Of a stretch of DNA of 64,000 bases, positions 29,655 to 40,266 are shown one piece after another. Every line of letters begins with the position of its first letter. Position 1 is the first letter of the stretch. This DNA is from a virus. Made by a program: the position numbers and the translations under genes. A model generated the notes under the pieces. It was given only the letters and a program-made list of their open reading frames with translations. It was not told the DNA's origin and did not search any database. The stretch is taken from the IMG/VR virus record IMGVR_UViG_3300037089_000506. One strand, 5' to 3'.

Positions 29655-31976
29655 GTGAAAGATGAAGTCTCCAATATGATTTCTAGTGCTCCTATATCAA
29701 ACTACAACGGAGGAGAACCTAATTCTAAGTTCCAAGCTCCTCATGCAGGTGCTTCACCTAATTTAGGCAGATTTGGCTTTATTAGGAATTTGACCTCTAT
29801 TTATGGATTTAGAAGAGCTTCGCCTAATAAAAGAAATTCAGTTAATAATGTTGAATTCTTAAAAGTTGATGCTGGTAGTGACTTAAGATTAGCCCAAGCT
29901 AAAATAGGAAGAACATTTTCCACAAAATTATCAGGTAAACTTGAGGAACTCTTCAATAGTTGGTTACGTGATACTACCGATACTTATAAAATACTTGAAG
30001 ATAGAAATAGACGTATTTCTGAATTAGAATTTGCTATTACTAATGATCCTTTCCTTTCAATGGCTTCAGATATGTATGCAGACGAAGCTACACAAATTGA
30101 TGTTCAGGGTAAGTTAATTCAAATAGATTGTGCTGATATTAGAATGAAAGAAAAAATGGAGGACTTATTAGAACAGTGGGGGGTAACACAGAATAGATTA
30201 CGCTCTGTTGCTTGTAATTTAGCCTCCTATGGTGATGCTTTTTGGTCTAATAAAGTTACCAAGAATGGAGTAGTTAGAATAGTCCCTATTGGTATTCATC
30301 AGGTAAAAGAACGATTGGAATTTAATCCTGTACAAGTTCAAACAGATATATCATTACAAAAAGGATATTTAACAGCTATTAATCGTTCCTCTAAATTACA
30401 AGCATTATTTGATACTATAGAAGGTGAAGAGAATGAAGAATTTGCCGATCTCTTTGATACTCGCTTATTCGGCTTTGCTATTGATGATGATATGGTTGTG
30501 CCTCCATGGGCTGTTACTCACTTCAGATTAAATGTAGACCAATCAGAATTTGCCCCCATGGGACGTTCATTATTCCTAAAAGCATTGGCTCCATTTAGAC
30601 AATGTAACGCCACTATGGTATTACAATCCTTAGCCCGTGTTATGTCCTTTCCAGTAACAGTATATAATGTAAAAACTGCTCCTGGTATGGATGAAGCTTT
30701 GCAGTTTGATAAGATAAATCAGATTAGAGAGGAGTATGAACTTATTGGGGATTCTGGTGCTGGTACTGAGGCTTTTTCAGTAAATACAAAAATATGGGCT
30801 CCTGACGGATTACTACGACTTGAAATGCAGACACCTGATGTTGACATAAATGCTACTGGTGATATTGAAATGTACCAGGATCGTGTTGCTGTAGCTTCTG
30901 GCATTCCTAAAGGTTATTTGGTTCAAGAGTGGGGTGGGTTTGGTAATTCAGCTATATCTTTAGTTGAGCAATACAAGCCCTTCGCTAGAAGGGTATTCAC
31001 AATCCAATCTGCAATCCTAGAGGGATTGTCAAATTTATTTAGATTACATTTTGCTATTACAGGTGAATATGATTATCGTGAAGCTTTTATTCTTTCTATG
31101 AAATTTCCTAATGAGGAAACATCTGATGCTAGACAAGCAGCAAAACAAAATTCATTAAACTTATCTACACAAGTGCTACAAACTATAGCAGGTATTATTG
31201 GTGCTATCAATGATCCTTTACCTGCTGATGTAATTCAGGATATACTAACAAAATTTAGTTTCTTAGATCCTGATGATATTAAACGTTGGATAAAGCCTAA
31301 TCCTAATGCCAAAGAACATAATGAAGAGCAGCCCCCAGAGGAGTTTGGTGGTGGTATGGGTGGTGGTATGGGTGCGCCTATGGGTGGAGATATGGGTATG
31401 GGTGCTCCTCCTGAAGGTGAAGAAGGAATAGGGGGAGCTGGTGCTGGTGGTAGTATGGAAGCCCCCATTCCTGCTGCTGGGGGTGCTGGTGGAGCCCCAC
31501 AAGGTAATCCTTTAGCTATGGATGTTAATGGTAATAAGCAGGAAGCAGTCCTTCGGCATAGACGATATAGGATATTAGAGTCAAGATTACGTTTTGAAGA
31601 ACGGCAAAACACCTTAGTAAAACGTTTCACTGAAAATAAAGATTTTATACAAGAAAAAATAATTCATCAATTTGAACGAATTGATGAAGCCCAAATGAAT
31701 AATCGTCATTACAAGTATGCCCGTATTGAAAGCTGTTTAGAGCCTATGTATAGATTATTCTGTAAGAAAATAGAGCCTGCTATGTCACAACCTTTACAAG
31801 AAGATACTCAAGAAATCAAAAGAATTGAGGAGCAAAAAGAATACTCTAGAGATATTTTACGGACTGATAGTAGAAAATTCAACTGGAAGCATATAAAAGA
31901 AGGATTAAAAGAAGAAGAAGAAGTAAATACTGATGATGAAGAGCACTCTAAAAGGATTCATGATATCATTGACTAA
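29655..31976 (+). CDS. portal protein (T4 gp20-like) with a Gly/Met/Pro-rich C-terminal extension
   Basis: GTG start; DMYADEATQ, YGDAF, THFRL, GRSLFLKA, DIEMYQ...IPKGYL. Confidence 0.8.
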   Translation: MKDEVSNMISSAPISNYNGGEPNSKFQAPHAGASPNLGRFGFIRNLTSIYGFRRASPNKRNSVNNVEFLKVDAGSDLRLAQAKIGRTFSTKLSGKLEELFNSWLRDTTDTYKILEDRNRRISELEFAITNDPFLSMASDMYADEATQIDVQGKLIQIDCADIRMKEKMEDLLEQWGVTQNRLRSVACNLASYGDAFWSNKVTKNGVVRIVPIGIHQVKERLEFNPVQVQTDISLQKGYLTAINRSSKLQALFDTIEGEENEEFADLFDTRLFGFAIDDDMVVPPWAVTHFRLNVDQSEFAPMGRSLFLKALAPFRQCNATMVLQSLARVMSFPVTVYNVKTAPGMDEALQFDKINQIREEYELIGDSGAGTEAFSVNTKIWAPDGLLRLEMQTPDVDINATGDIEMYQDRVAVASGIPKGYLVQEWGGFGNSAISLVEQYKPFARRVFTIQSAILEGLSNLFRLHFAITGEYDYREAFILSMKFPNEETSDARQAAKQNSLNLSTQVLQTIAGIIGAINDPLPADVIQDILTKFSFLDPDDIKRWIKPNPNAKEHNEEQPPEEFGGGMGGGMGAPMGGDMGMGAPPEGEEGIGGAGAGGSMEAPIPAAGGAGGAPQGNPLAMDVNGNKQEAVLRHRRYRILESRLRFEERQNTLVKRFTENKDFIQEKIIHQFERIDEAQMNNRHYKYARIESCLEPMYRLFCKKIEPAMSQPLQEDTQEIKRIEEQKEYSRDILRTDSRKFNWKHIKEGLKEEEEVNTDDEEHSKRIHDIID

Positions 31977-32022
31977 CTTATTTAGTTTTATTTAGACTAA
32001 ATATACATATATTGGAGTTATT

Positions 32023-33786
32023 ATGGCATTACAACGTTTTGTTGAGACTTATATTTTTGATAGTGATACATATAATAAAATAGCAATATCTCATAAAATA
32101 ACCGAATCAGAAATCCAGGCTATAAAAGGGCAAAGACTTTCTGAGTCTACTAAAAAGTTATTAGAAGATAATACTATTTTAGCTAATAAAACCGTCTGGA
32201 GATTTCCCGTAGCCCGTTATGATAATATAAACCTTAATAATAGAAAATATGAAAAACGATTGTGGGATAGAGTAATAGCAGAACAAAAAGAAGTATACCA
32301 AGGTGGGGCTGGACTAGAGGAGCATCCTGAAGGTGATAAAGACGGTAGAATTAGGGAGCAGGTAGTAGTTTGGCTTAATATGGGACTAAATGAGGCTGAA
32401 AAAATAGTATGGGCAGAAGGTGTACTTGTAGGGGATGAAGGTAGACATATAGAAGAGATTCTTGAATGTGGTGGCAGAGTTGGTTTTAGTTCTTCCGGTT
32501 TTGGCGAACTAGATGAATCAGACCATTCTACAGTACGTTGGGATTCTTATATGCTAGAAAGAGTAGCCGACACTGTATTAAACCCCTCACAAAAGGTATA
32601 TGGTAATAGTACAATGAAAATAAAGAAAGAAACAGTTACAGTTCCTTCTGGTGAGCAAACTGCTGCCCCAGAACAAGTTGAATATGATAAAGACGCTATG
32701 AATAATAATAAGAATGATTTCCCTCCAGAGTATTTAGGAAAAAAGCAGGAGAGCACGATGCCCGAAGTAAAGATGACAACACGAGAGTTAAGAAAATTCC
32801 ATGAGGACGTAGTAGGATGGCTATCACAAGTTCCTCAAGAGGACCTTCAAGAGAAGCTTAATGAGCTTGAGCTTATTAAGTCATATTTTTCTCCTGGTGT
32901 ACATCCTGACCTTCTAGCCAAGGTTGATGAGCAAATAGCCGAAACTCGTAAGGCTATTGACGATGCTATTAAAGAGCATACAAAAATAGCTACTACTTTT
33001 GGTACATCTACAGCAGAGAAACTAAAAGAAGGTGTAAAGAATTTAGCTGTAGATGCTAAACTCTATGAGAGGGATGCCCAAGATTGGCGAGAAATAGCTG
33101 AGAAGCTTCAAGAAAAGAATAAGATGCTTATGTCCGTTATTTCTTCTCGTCCTACTGCTGAGACATATAAAGAAATGTTAATTCAGATGAATACCATGAA
33201 AGAAGATTATATTTCAAAAGAAGCTTCTTTCGCTGAATATGCTAACTCTCTAAAAGCTAAAATTGTAGAGCACCAAAAATATGAGGAAATAATTATAGCG
33301 GAACTAGAAAAAATGAATGATGAGAATACTCGTATTAAAGAATATGTTGGTAGACTAAAAGAGTACGGACTAAAAATGAAAGAGAAGGTAGCAGTATATA
33401 AAACTGAACAAAAAAACTATGAAGAGGAAATTAAAATTGCTAATCTAGAAGAATCTACAATTCATTTTAGACCTCAAGGTCATGCGATAGATAATTTTGC
33501 TGGATTCAATGAGTCCGATGATGTTCAAGATTATTATGAAGACCTTGAAATGAGGTATGGAAAAGACGTAATAGATTTCAAGGAAGAGATTCTAGGATGT
33601 AAGACATTGAAAGAAGCAATGATAAAATTTAATAAAATTTTTGCTTCCTTAGGCTCGAATAGGACAAAAAGAGTATCAGAGGCATTGGAACCAGAAGAGA
33701 GAAAGAGAATTATTGAGTCTACTACTGGGGTAAAAATAAGAGACCACTCACGTTTTTCTAGCCGATTACCTTCTACATGGGTATAA
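32023..33786 (+). CDS. prohead protease (T4 gp21-like) fused to a coiled-coil scaffold
   Basis: NLNNRKY, GLEEHP, GFSSSGFG, ADTVLNPS, then a long acidic coiled coil. Confidence 0.8.
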   Translation: MALQRFVETYIFDSDTYNKIAISHKITESEIQAIKGQRLSESTKKLLEDNTILANKTVWRFPVARYDNINLNNRKYEKRLWDRVIAEQKEVYQGGAGLEEHPEGDKDGRIREQVVVWLNMGLNEAEKIVWAEGVLVGDEGRHIEEILECGGRVGFSSSGFGELDESDHSTVRWDSYMLERVADTVLNPSQKVYGNSTMKIKKETVTVPSGEQTAAPEQVEYDKDAMNNNKNDFPPEYLGKKQESTMPEVKMTTRELRKFHEDVVGWLSQVPQEDLQEKLNELELIKSYFSPGVHPDLLAKVDEQIAETRKAIDDAIKEHTKIATTFGTSTAEKLKEGVKNLAVDAKLYERDAQDWREIAEKLQEKNKMLMSVISSRPTAETYKEMLIQMNTMKEDYISKEASFAEYANSLKAKIVEHQKYEEIIIAELEKMNDENTRIKEYVGRLKEYGLKMKEKVAVYKTEQKNYEEEIKIANLEESTIHFRPQGHAIDNFAGFNESDDVQDYYEDLEMRYGKDVIDFKEEILGCKTLKEAMIKFNKIFASLGSNRTKRVSEALEPEERKRIIESTTGVKIRDHSRFSSRLPSTWV

Positions 33787-33810
33787 AGATTAGGAATAGG
33801 AGAATATATA

Positions 33811-35301
33811 ATGCCTATAAGCGATGCTAGTTTCACTGATGTTAAATCTCCTCTTTCAACCTTAACGAAAATAATGAGGATGATAGAGCGAGGCTCTATA
33901 GAAGCACATTTCACCAATGAGAAGAATGAACCTACATTGAGTAGAGAATATGTTGAAATGGCTTTTCAAGACTTCGCTATACAGCAGCAGAATTCTCAAG
34001 TAATGAATAAATGGATAGCATTGGATACAAAGTTAGATAAGGCTATGCTAGAGTATGTATCAGAAGTAAAATTATTGATAGCTTCGGTTATACAGACAGG
34101 TACAGCGCAATCTTCAATGGAAGCGCCTACTACATTACCTGAAGCCCCTGGAGAGGGTATGGGTATGGAACCCTTGGGTTCAGCTAAACCTACATCTATG
34201 GATAGACAATTACCAGTAACTAGGGAAGAGTAGATGGCATTGAATGAGTATGATATTGGCTCTAGGAACGTACACCATCATCCTCTGATGAGGTCAACTG
34301 ATATTGATGTTCCTGGTAATGCTATAGAATTTATTGATAGTGGTAATGTTGGTATGCATGATGATGGGTTTCATTTAGACCCACCAACACAATTTGAGTA
34401 TAGCCAGACTAATAGAAATGATTACGATAATGAGGAGACTATAGTGATTACGAAACAAACGGTGGATATGGTGGTAGAGGCTGGATTAAAAGCTAATCTG
34501 TCTTTTCCTAAAATAAAGGAATTCCTAGAGTGCTTAGGATCATGTAGTCCAGTATCAAATGGTACCTCTAAAGAAGGTAAGAATAGGAAAGCAGTAAAGC
34601 TTGATAAGTCTCAGGACTATGAAGAATATCCTGATGATAAGGGTGTGGATAGATTTAAGGATTCTATTATAGATAGAGGATTAAAATTAGGTTTAGCTTT
34701 TTCGGATATTAAGAATATACTAGAAGTAGCCGATAGTGGTAATCCTTCATTAAATCATTCATATCCCTATGAGAGTCAAGGGCATGTTGATGCTAAAGCT
34801 GCTATTAAAACCCCATGGCCACAAGGACATGCTGGTAGTGGTACTGAACCTAAACCAGGAGCAGAACAGGAATTCAGGTCTCCTACAAAAGGTAAAGATG
34901 GCTATGTGCAAGACGCTAAATACCCTGGAAAAGGACATACACCTCAGATGGAATCTATCATTAGGAAGTCTTTAGATATGGGATTAAGTTTCCCAGAAGT
35001 AAAGAAAGTATTAGAGGATATCCAATCCAAGCATGATGGTAAATATGGTGCTGGAGCTAATGAGGATCGTAATGAGGAGAAAGATACTGACAACTCTCCT
35101 GAGGCTGCTGAAGATGATGTAAAGAGAGGTAAGAATACCCAGATTGGTGAAAAGACTAAAAAAGTAAAGGGGGGATATGAGAACATCGGTAAGAAAAAGA
35201 ATGGTAGTAAGAAACATGGTATTGTAAGCAAGAAGAAAGCCGATGCACAAAGAGGTGCTATGTTTGCTAATAGGAAGCCAGGAGCTTCTTGGGGAAAATA
35301 A
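33811..35301 (+). CDS. two head-region proteins (33811..34233; 34234..35301, putative internal head protein)
   Basis: Located between protease and capsid genes; the second has three internal repeats and a basic C-terminus. Confidence 0.55.
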
Positions 35302-35585
35302 TGAAACAGATACTAAAGACAATTAAGCTCATAGAAATGAGTACAGATGGATTTACTTCCATTGAGGACTTACTTTAATACCTAAATAATGATGAAGAAG
35401 CATTACAAAAATTTAAAGCTGACTATTGTGGTAGAAGGGCTGAGGATGAAGACGTAGTTAAAAAGGCTAATCAACTTTTAGCTTATGGTGATGGCCCTGT
35501 TTTAGATAGATATAAAGGAATCCCTGATTGGAGAGATTCAGATTGGGCTAGAAGAGATATGGCAGAGTTTGATCCAGGTAGATAA
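35301..35585 (+). pseudogene. 94-codon head-region ORF interrupted by an in-frame TAA at 35376
   Basis: MKQILKTIKLIEMSTDGFTSIEDLL*YLNNDEEALQKF...FDPGR; both halves are in one frame and the start is TAATG-coupled to the upstream gene. Confidence 0.55.
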
Positions 35586-35771
35586 ACATATTAGGAATTA
35601 CATTACTAAATAATTAGAGTTTAGGGTTTGATTTTAATTGGAGTTAATATGCTCCAGAAATGTATCCCAATATGGATATATCTAAAACTAAAATAGTTTT
35701 ACGTTGATTAAATCTACAATTTATTCCCCTAACTGTTATGTACTCGTGTTTTTATTAAAAGGGAGAATTTT

Positions 35772-37274
35772 ATGGGTATGAGAAGTGCAATGAGAGAATC
35801 AGTACGTAAAACTACTTATGATGAGGCCACTATTGAGGCTTTGAATGAGAAGACTAATCGTGCTGATAGATATGTAGAGAAATGGTCGAGAGTTCCAGAG
35901 ATTGGACCCGGCCTTAAAACAATGAACGAGCGGAAGGCTCGAAACTTAGCTATTCTTTTGGAGAATCAGGCTAGAGCAATGGCACGATTATCTGAGGCTA
36001 CATACAGCTCAGCTTTCGCTGCTACTCCTGAGAACATGATTCGTTTGGTAAGGCTTGCTTATCCAAACTCAATTCGTGATAAACTCTTTACTGAGTTTGC
36101 TATGGAGACAGCTAAGGATTCAATCAAGTATATCAAGCCTATATATACAGCAAATACTAACATCAATCGTGATGATTCATTTGCTGGTGCTGGTTTGAAT
36201 TTTAACCCTAACGTAACATATGAGTCAAAGCAATCAAGGTTCCCAACTGAGATGGCAAACTGCCCATCAATCTCTGGTTCCGTAGGCTCAAACTTCACTC
36301 TTACCTTCCAGGCTAGTGAGTTTACACAAGGCTTCATTCCTGGTTATACAATTCTCTATGATGTGAACGGCAACGTATTAGCATATGAGAATAAGCCTGG
36401 TGGAGCTACAGCTAACTGGGTAATAGCTTCAACTTCTGGTATTACTTCTATAGCTATTGATACTACATCAACGGTATATACTATCGCTGTAGCCTCTGGT
36501 GGTACTGCAATAGCTAACGCTATTGGTAGGTATAACTCAGAGAAGGACTTAACTGGAACCTACTTAGGCGAAGTTGAGTTGACAATGCTTTCCTACCAGT
36601 TCCAAGTTCGTCCTATGACGCTTGGTGTAACATGGACAACACTTTCTGAGCTAGTATTAGACTCCACAGTCGGTGTTAGCACAGAAGAAGTCATCATGGA
36701 TGCTGCTGGACAGGAAATCAAGAAATCACTAGACTTCTTCGCAGTAAAGGTTGCTTATGCATCTGCTACTACGAACGGTTATGCTCCTATCGTTTTCGAT
36801 GCTGAGGCTGGTGCTGGTACACAAGACAGCTATATCCATACTGCACAGACTATTTCCCAAGCAATTGAGAGAGTCGGTGACGTTATGTACAACGCATTAA
36901 ACCGTGGTGGTGTATCTCGTCTTGTTGGTGGTCCTGCTGCTGTTACTTACCTTCGTCTTAATGCTGGATTTACCACAAAGGGTCAACAGCCCCGTATTGG
37001 TGGATATCAGGTTGGCGAGTTGTACGGTATTCCAGTATTCAAGGTACCTAAAGCAATATTACCTGAAAATACACTGATGTGTGTGTGGAAGAACGAGAAT
37101 AACGAGGCTGACGTTTCTGTAGCTTTTGGTACTCTAGTTCCATTCTTCTCAACTGGTGCTCTACAGAGGAAGAACTTCTATAAGGAAGCTGGACTAGCTT
37201 CTTTTGGTGACTACGTAATATTAAATCCTGGATATTTTGGATTAATACAGATTACTAACATAAGAGGGCTCTAA
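35772..37274 (+). CDS. major capsid protein (T4 gp23-like, HK97 fold)
   Basis: LAILLENQ, IRLVRLAYPN, size of 500 aa, position, phage-optimised codons, strong terminator downstream. Confidence 0.85.
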   Translation: MGMRSAMRESVRKTTYDEATIEALNEKTNRADRYVEKWSRVPEIGPGLKTMNERKARNLAILLENQARAMARLSEATYSSAFAATPENMIRLVRLAYPNSIRDKLFTEFAMETAKDSIKYIKPIYTANTNINRDDSFAGAGLNFNPNVTYESKQSRFPTEMANCPSISGSVGSNFTLTFQASEFTQGFIPGYTILYDVNGNVLAYENKPGGATANWVIASTSGITSIAIDTTSTVYTIAVASGGTAIANAIGRYNSEKDLTGTYLGEVELTMLSYQFQVRPMTLGVTWTTLSELVLDSTVGVSTEEVIMDAAGQEIKKSLDFFAVKVAYASATTNGYAPIVFDAEAGAGTQDSYIHTAQTISQAIERVGDVMYNALNRGGVSRLVGGPAAVTYLRLNAGFTTKGQQPRIGGYQVGELYGIPVFKVPKAILPENTLMCVWKNENNEADVSVAFGTLVPFFSTGALQRKNFYKEAGLASFGDYVILNPGYFGLIQITNIRGL

Positions 37275-37299
37275 TCCTTAATCTGAATTGAACAAATAT

Positions 37300-37330
37300 A
37301 AAAGAGAGAGAGGAAACTCTCTCTCTTTTT
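37300..37330 (+). terminator. intrinsic terminator after the capsid gene
   Basis: aaaagagagagag-gaaa-ctctctctctttt. Confidence 0.9.
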
Positions 37331-37364
37331 ATACTTATTCCTCTTCTACATACTAACTATACAT

Positions 37365-38330
37365 ATGGAGAATAAGGATATGGAAAGATGCTGTGATATT
37401 TGTGGTAAACTTCTTAAGAAGGATCAAAGCAAGACTTGTTCCTATGAATGTAGAAACAAGTATATAAGTAAGATAAGGAAAGAGGAGGGTCAAGAACGTA
37501 TTTGTCTGGTATGTGATACTATTTTCACTGTTAAAAAGAAAAGTAGTAAAAAAGAGTGCTGCTCCAGAAGTTGTGCTGTTACTCTAGGGCATCAAAGACA
37601 AGAATCTTTATTTCAATCCAGGATGGAAGAAACAAAAACATGTATAGTTTGTGGTAATACTTTATATAGGAATAGACATGATACAGATAAGAGATGGTCA
37701 GGGCGGCATATTTGTAGCAAAAAGTGTGTTATGGTACATGTTCATAATGATCCATTAAGAATGAATAAAATAAGAAAAACCAACCAAGAAAAGTATGGGG
37801 TTAACTATACTACTCAGGATATTAGCATTCAAAATAAAATTAAAAGCAGTCTTTATAATAAGTATGGAGTTGATAACCCATCAAGAATACCTGAAGTAAG
37901 ACAGAAAATAAGAGAGTATACTATAGAAAGAGTGATAAAAAATAATGGTAATTGTTTTCCTAATTATTCTTCTCGGGCTTGTAGCATATTTGAACAATTA
38001 GATAAAAAATTTGGGTTTATTTCATCTAAAGATTCTTTTTTTGCTGAATCTGGCGGGGGTGAATATAGAATACCCCAATATGGTTATTTTTTAGATTATA
38101 TTAACTTCAAACTCAAAGTAATAATAGAATGGGAGGATAGGACTCATTATGAGAATGATAGTAAACGAACAAAAAAGTCCCAGTTGAGGGAGCAAGAAAT
38201 AAAGTATCAAGCCATGAAAGATTATATTTATCTCTCTATAGATGATAGAAAAAGTGATGAAGAGATAATAAATAAACTATCTAGAATATTTATGAGGATA
38301 ACAAAAAAAGGGCTAAAAAAATCCCTGTAA
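37365..38330 (+). mobile_element. putative homing endonuclease: Zn-ribbon repeats + KYG repeats + PD-(D/E)XK (Vsr/DUF559-like) domain
   Basis: CxxC...CS..C repeats, KTNQEKYGV, YFLDY....KVIIEWE...HY. Confidence 0.7.
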
Positions 38331-38350
38331 TCTTAGTATTGTTTGAACTA

Positions 38351-38376
38351 AACCCTATCTTCGGATAGGGTTTTTT
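38351..38376 (+). terminator. intrinsic terminator with a cUUCGg tetraloop
   Basis: aaccctatc-ttcg-gatagggtt-tttt. Confidence 0.9.
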
Positions 38377-38383
38377 ATTGCTA

Positions 38384-38416
38384 TTGACAAAACATGAAAA
38401 AACCCTTATACTAATT
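38384..38416 (+). promoter_or_regulatory. sigma70 promoter (TTGACA-17-TATACT) overlapping an ACTAATT late motif
   Basis: TTGACA 38384, TATACT 38407, ACTAATT 38410. Confidence 0.75.
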
Positions 38417-38433
38417 ATAGGGAAGTATCCGAA

Positions 38434-40215
38434 ATGGAACTATCAAAAGAAGAACTCATTATTTGGTTAAATACAGTATTAAGAAATAAAAAAGGAATCA
38501 TTGATTCTAACAAAGTAAGGTCTTTGAAATATAAAGAATATATTGATGGATTAAAATCTTTGATAAAGGGTAACTATACATTTTTACAACGAATATGGCT
38601 TATTGATAGAAACCTTACAGAACCCCTAAAGTGTTCTTGTGGAAAAGAAGTTATATGGGTACAGGGTCATAGGGAATATTCTAAATATTGTAGTGCTGAT
38701 TGCGCAAAAAGGGACCCTGAGGTTATACAGAAAAGAAAAGATACAAACCTTCTAAAATATGGATGCGTTGCTCCTTTACAGAATAAAGAAATACAAAGTA
38801 AAGTTCAAAAAACAAATTTAGAGCGTTATGGGGCTAAAAGTTCTTTTGAACGTAAAGATTTTAGAGAGAAGTCAATAAAAACAATGATGAAGAATTATGG
38901 TGTTGATAATCCACAAAAAAATAAGGATATAAGGGAAAAGACAAATAAAACAAATATGGAGAGATATGGGTCTTCTTCACCCTTACATGGTAATACAGCA
39001 TATAAATCTAAAAAAACAATGATAGAAAAGTATGGAGTAGAGTTTGCTTTTCAGAATAAAGAACTTTTTGAAAAGTTTAAAAATACAATGATACAAGTAT
39101 ATGGAACAGAACATGCATTACAAAATAAAGAGATAATTAATAAAGAGATAGAGAAAAGATTTAAAAAGCTTTATGAAAAAATACTATCTGGTGAAAGAAC
39201 TGATAGTAAAGTAATTCCTCTTTTTACTTATAATAATTACAAAGGAACAGAATACACCTATACTTGGAAATGTGTTGAGTGTGGCAATGAGTTTGAGTAT
39301 CATTTGCAAGATGGTCGTATCCCCAGATGTATAAAATGTTATCCTTTAATGACTTCAGTATCCTCTTCTGAAATAGAGATAAAATCTTATTTGGAACAGT
39401 GGGGAATAAAAAATATTATAAGTTCGGATAGAAGTATAATACCTCCGTTAGAACTTGATATATATTTACCAGATAAGAAACTTGCTATAGAGTTTAATGG
39501 CCTATACTGGCATTCTGAAATAGCAGGAAGAAAAAATAAAAATTATCATCTTAATAAACTTAATTTATGTGCTGATAAAGGTATAGAACTTATACAAATA
39601 TTTGAAGATGAATGGATACAGAAAAAAAATATAGTATTGGCATTATTAAAAAGTAAGCTTGGTATCATTACTAATAAGTATCATGCTCGTAAATTAAAAA
39701 TAAAAATAGTGGATAGTAATATAGAAAGAGTCTTTTTAGACTCATATCACATCCAAGGGTATTACCCATCTTTTATTGTTTTAGGTTTATACAATAAGGA
39801 AGAATTAATATCATTAGCTTCCTTTATAAAAGCAAGATATAGAAGAAATTCCGAATGGGAACTATTACGATATGTAACCAAAGCAGACTGTCAGGTTATT
39901 GGGGGACTCTCAAAACTCCTATCATATTTCAGAAAAAGGTATATAGGTTCAATTGTGTCTTATTGCGATAAAAGATTATTTAATGGTAAGGGGTATGAAG
40001 CTGTAGGGTTTACAAAACTTAAAGATTCTTTACCTAATTATTATTATACTAAAAACTATACTAATCGTAGCTCACGAGTACAGTTTCAAAAACATAAACT
40101 CAAGAAAAAATTAGAATCATTTGACTTCACTCTAACTGAATGGGAAAATATGCAAATAAATGGATATGATAGAATTTGGGATTGTGGGAATATGGTATAT
40201 GAACTTATCCCCTAG
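38434..40215 (+). mobile_element. Hef-like homing endonuclease (KYG repeats + PD-(D/E)XK + GNAT-like C-terminal domain)
   Basis: TNLLKYG/TNLERYG repeats, ELDIYLPDKKLAIEFNGLYWH, HIQG, WELLRY, RIWDCGN. Confidence 0.8.
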
Positions 40216-40266
40216 AATAAGGATGTTTTTATTAAAATAGCAACTAATTAGAAAAGAGGAATAATA

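Noticed and set aside
35586-35771. Riboswitch or ncRNA in the long capsid leader
   Set aside because: Only short AT-rich hairpins and a 15-codon ORF are present, with no recognisable conserved structure.
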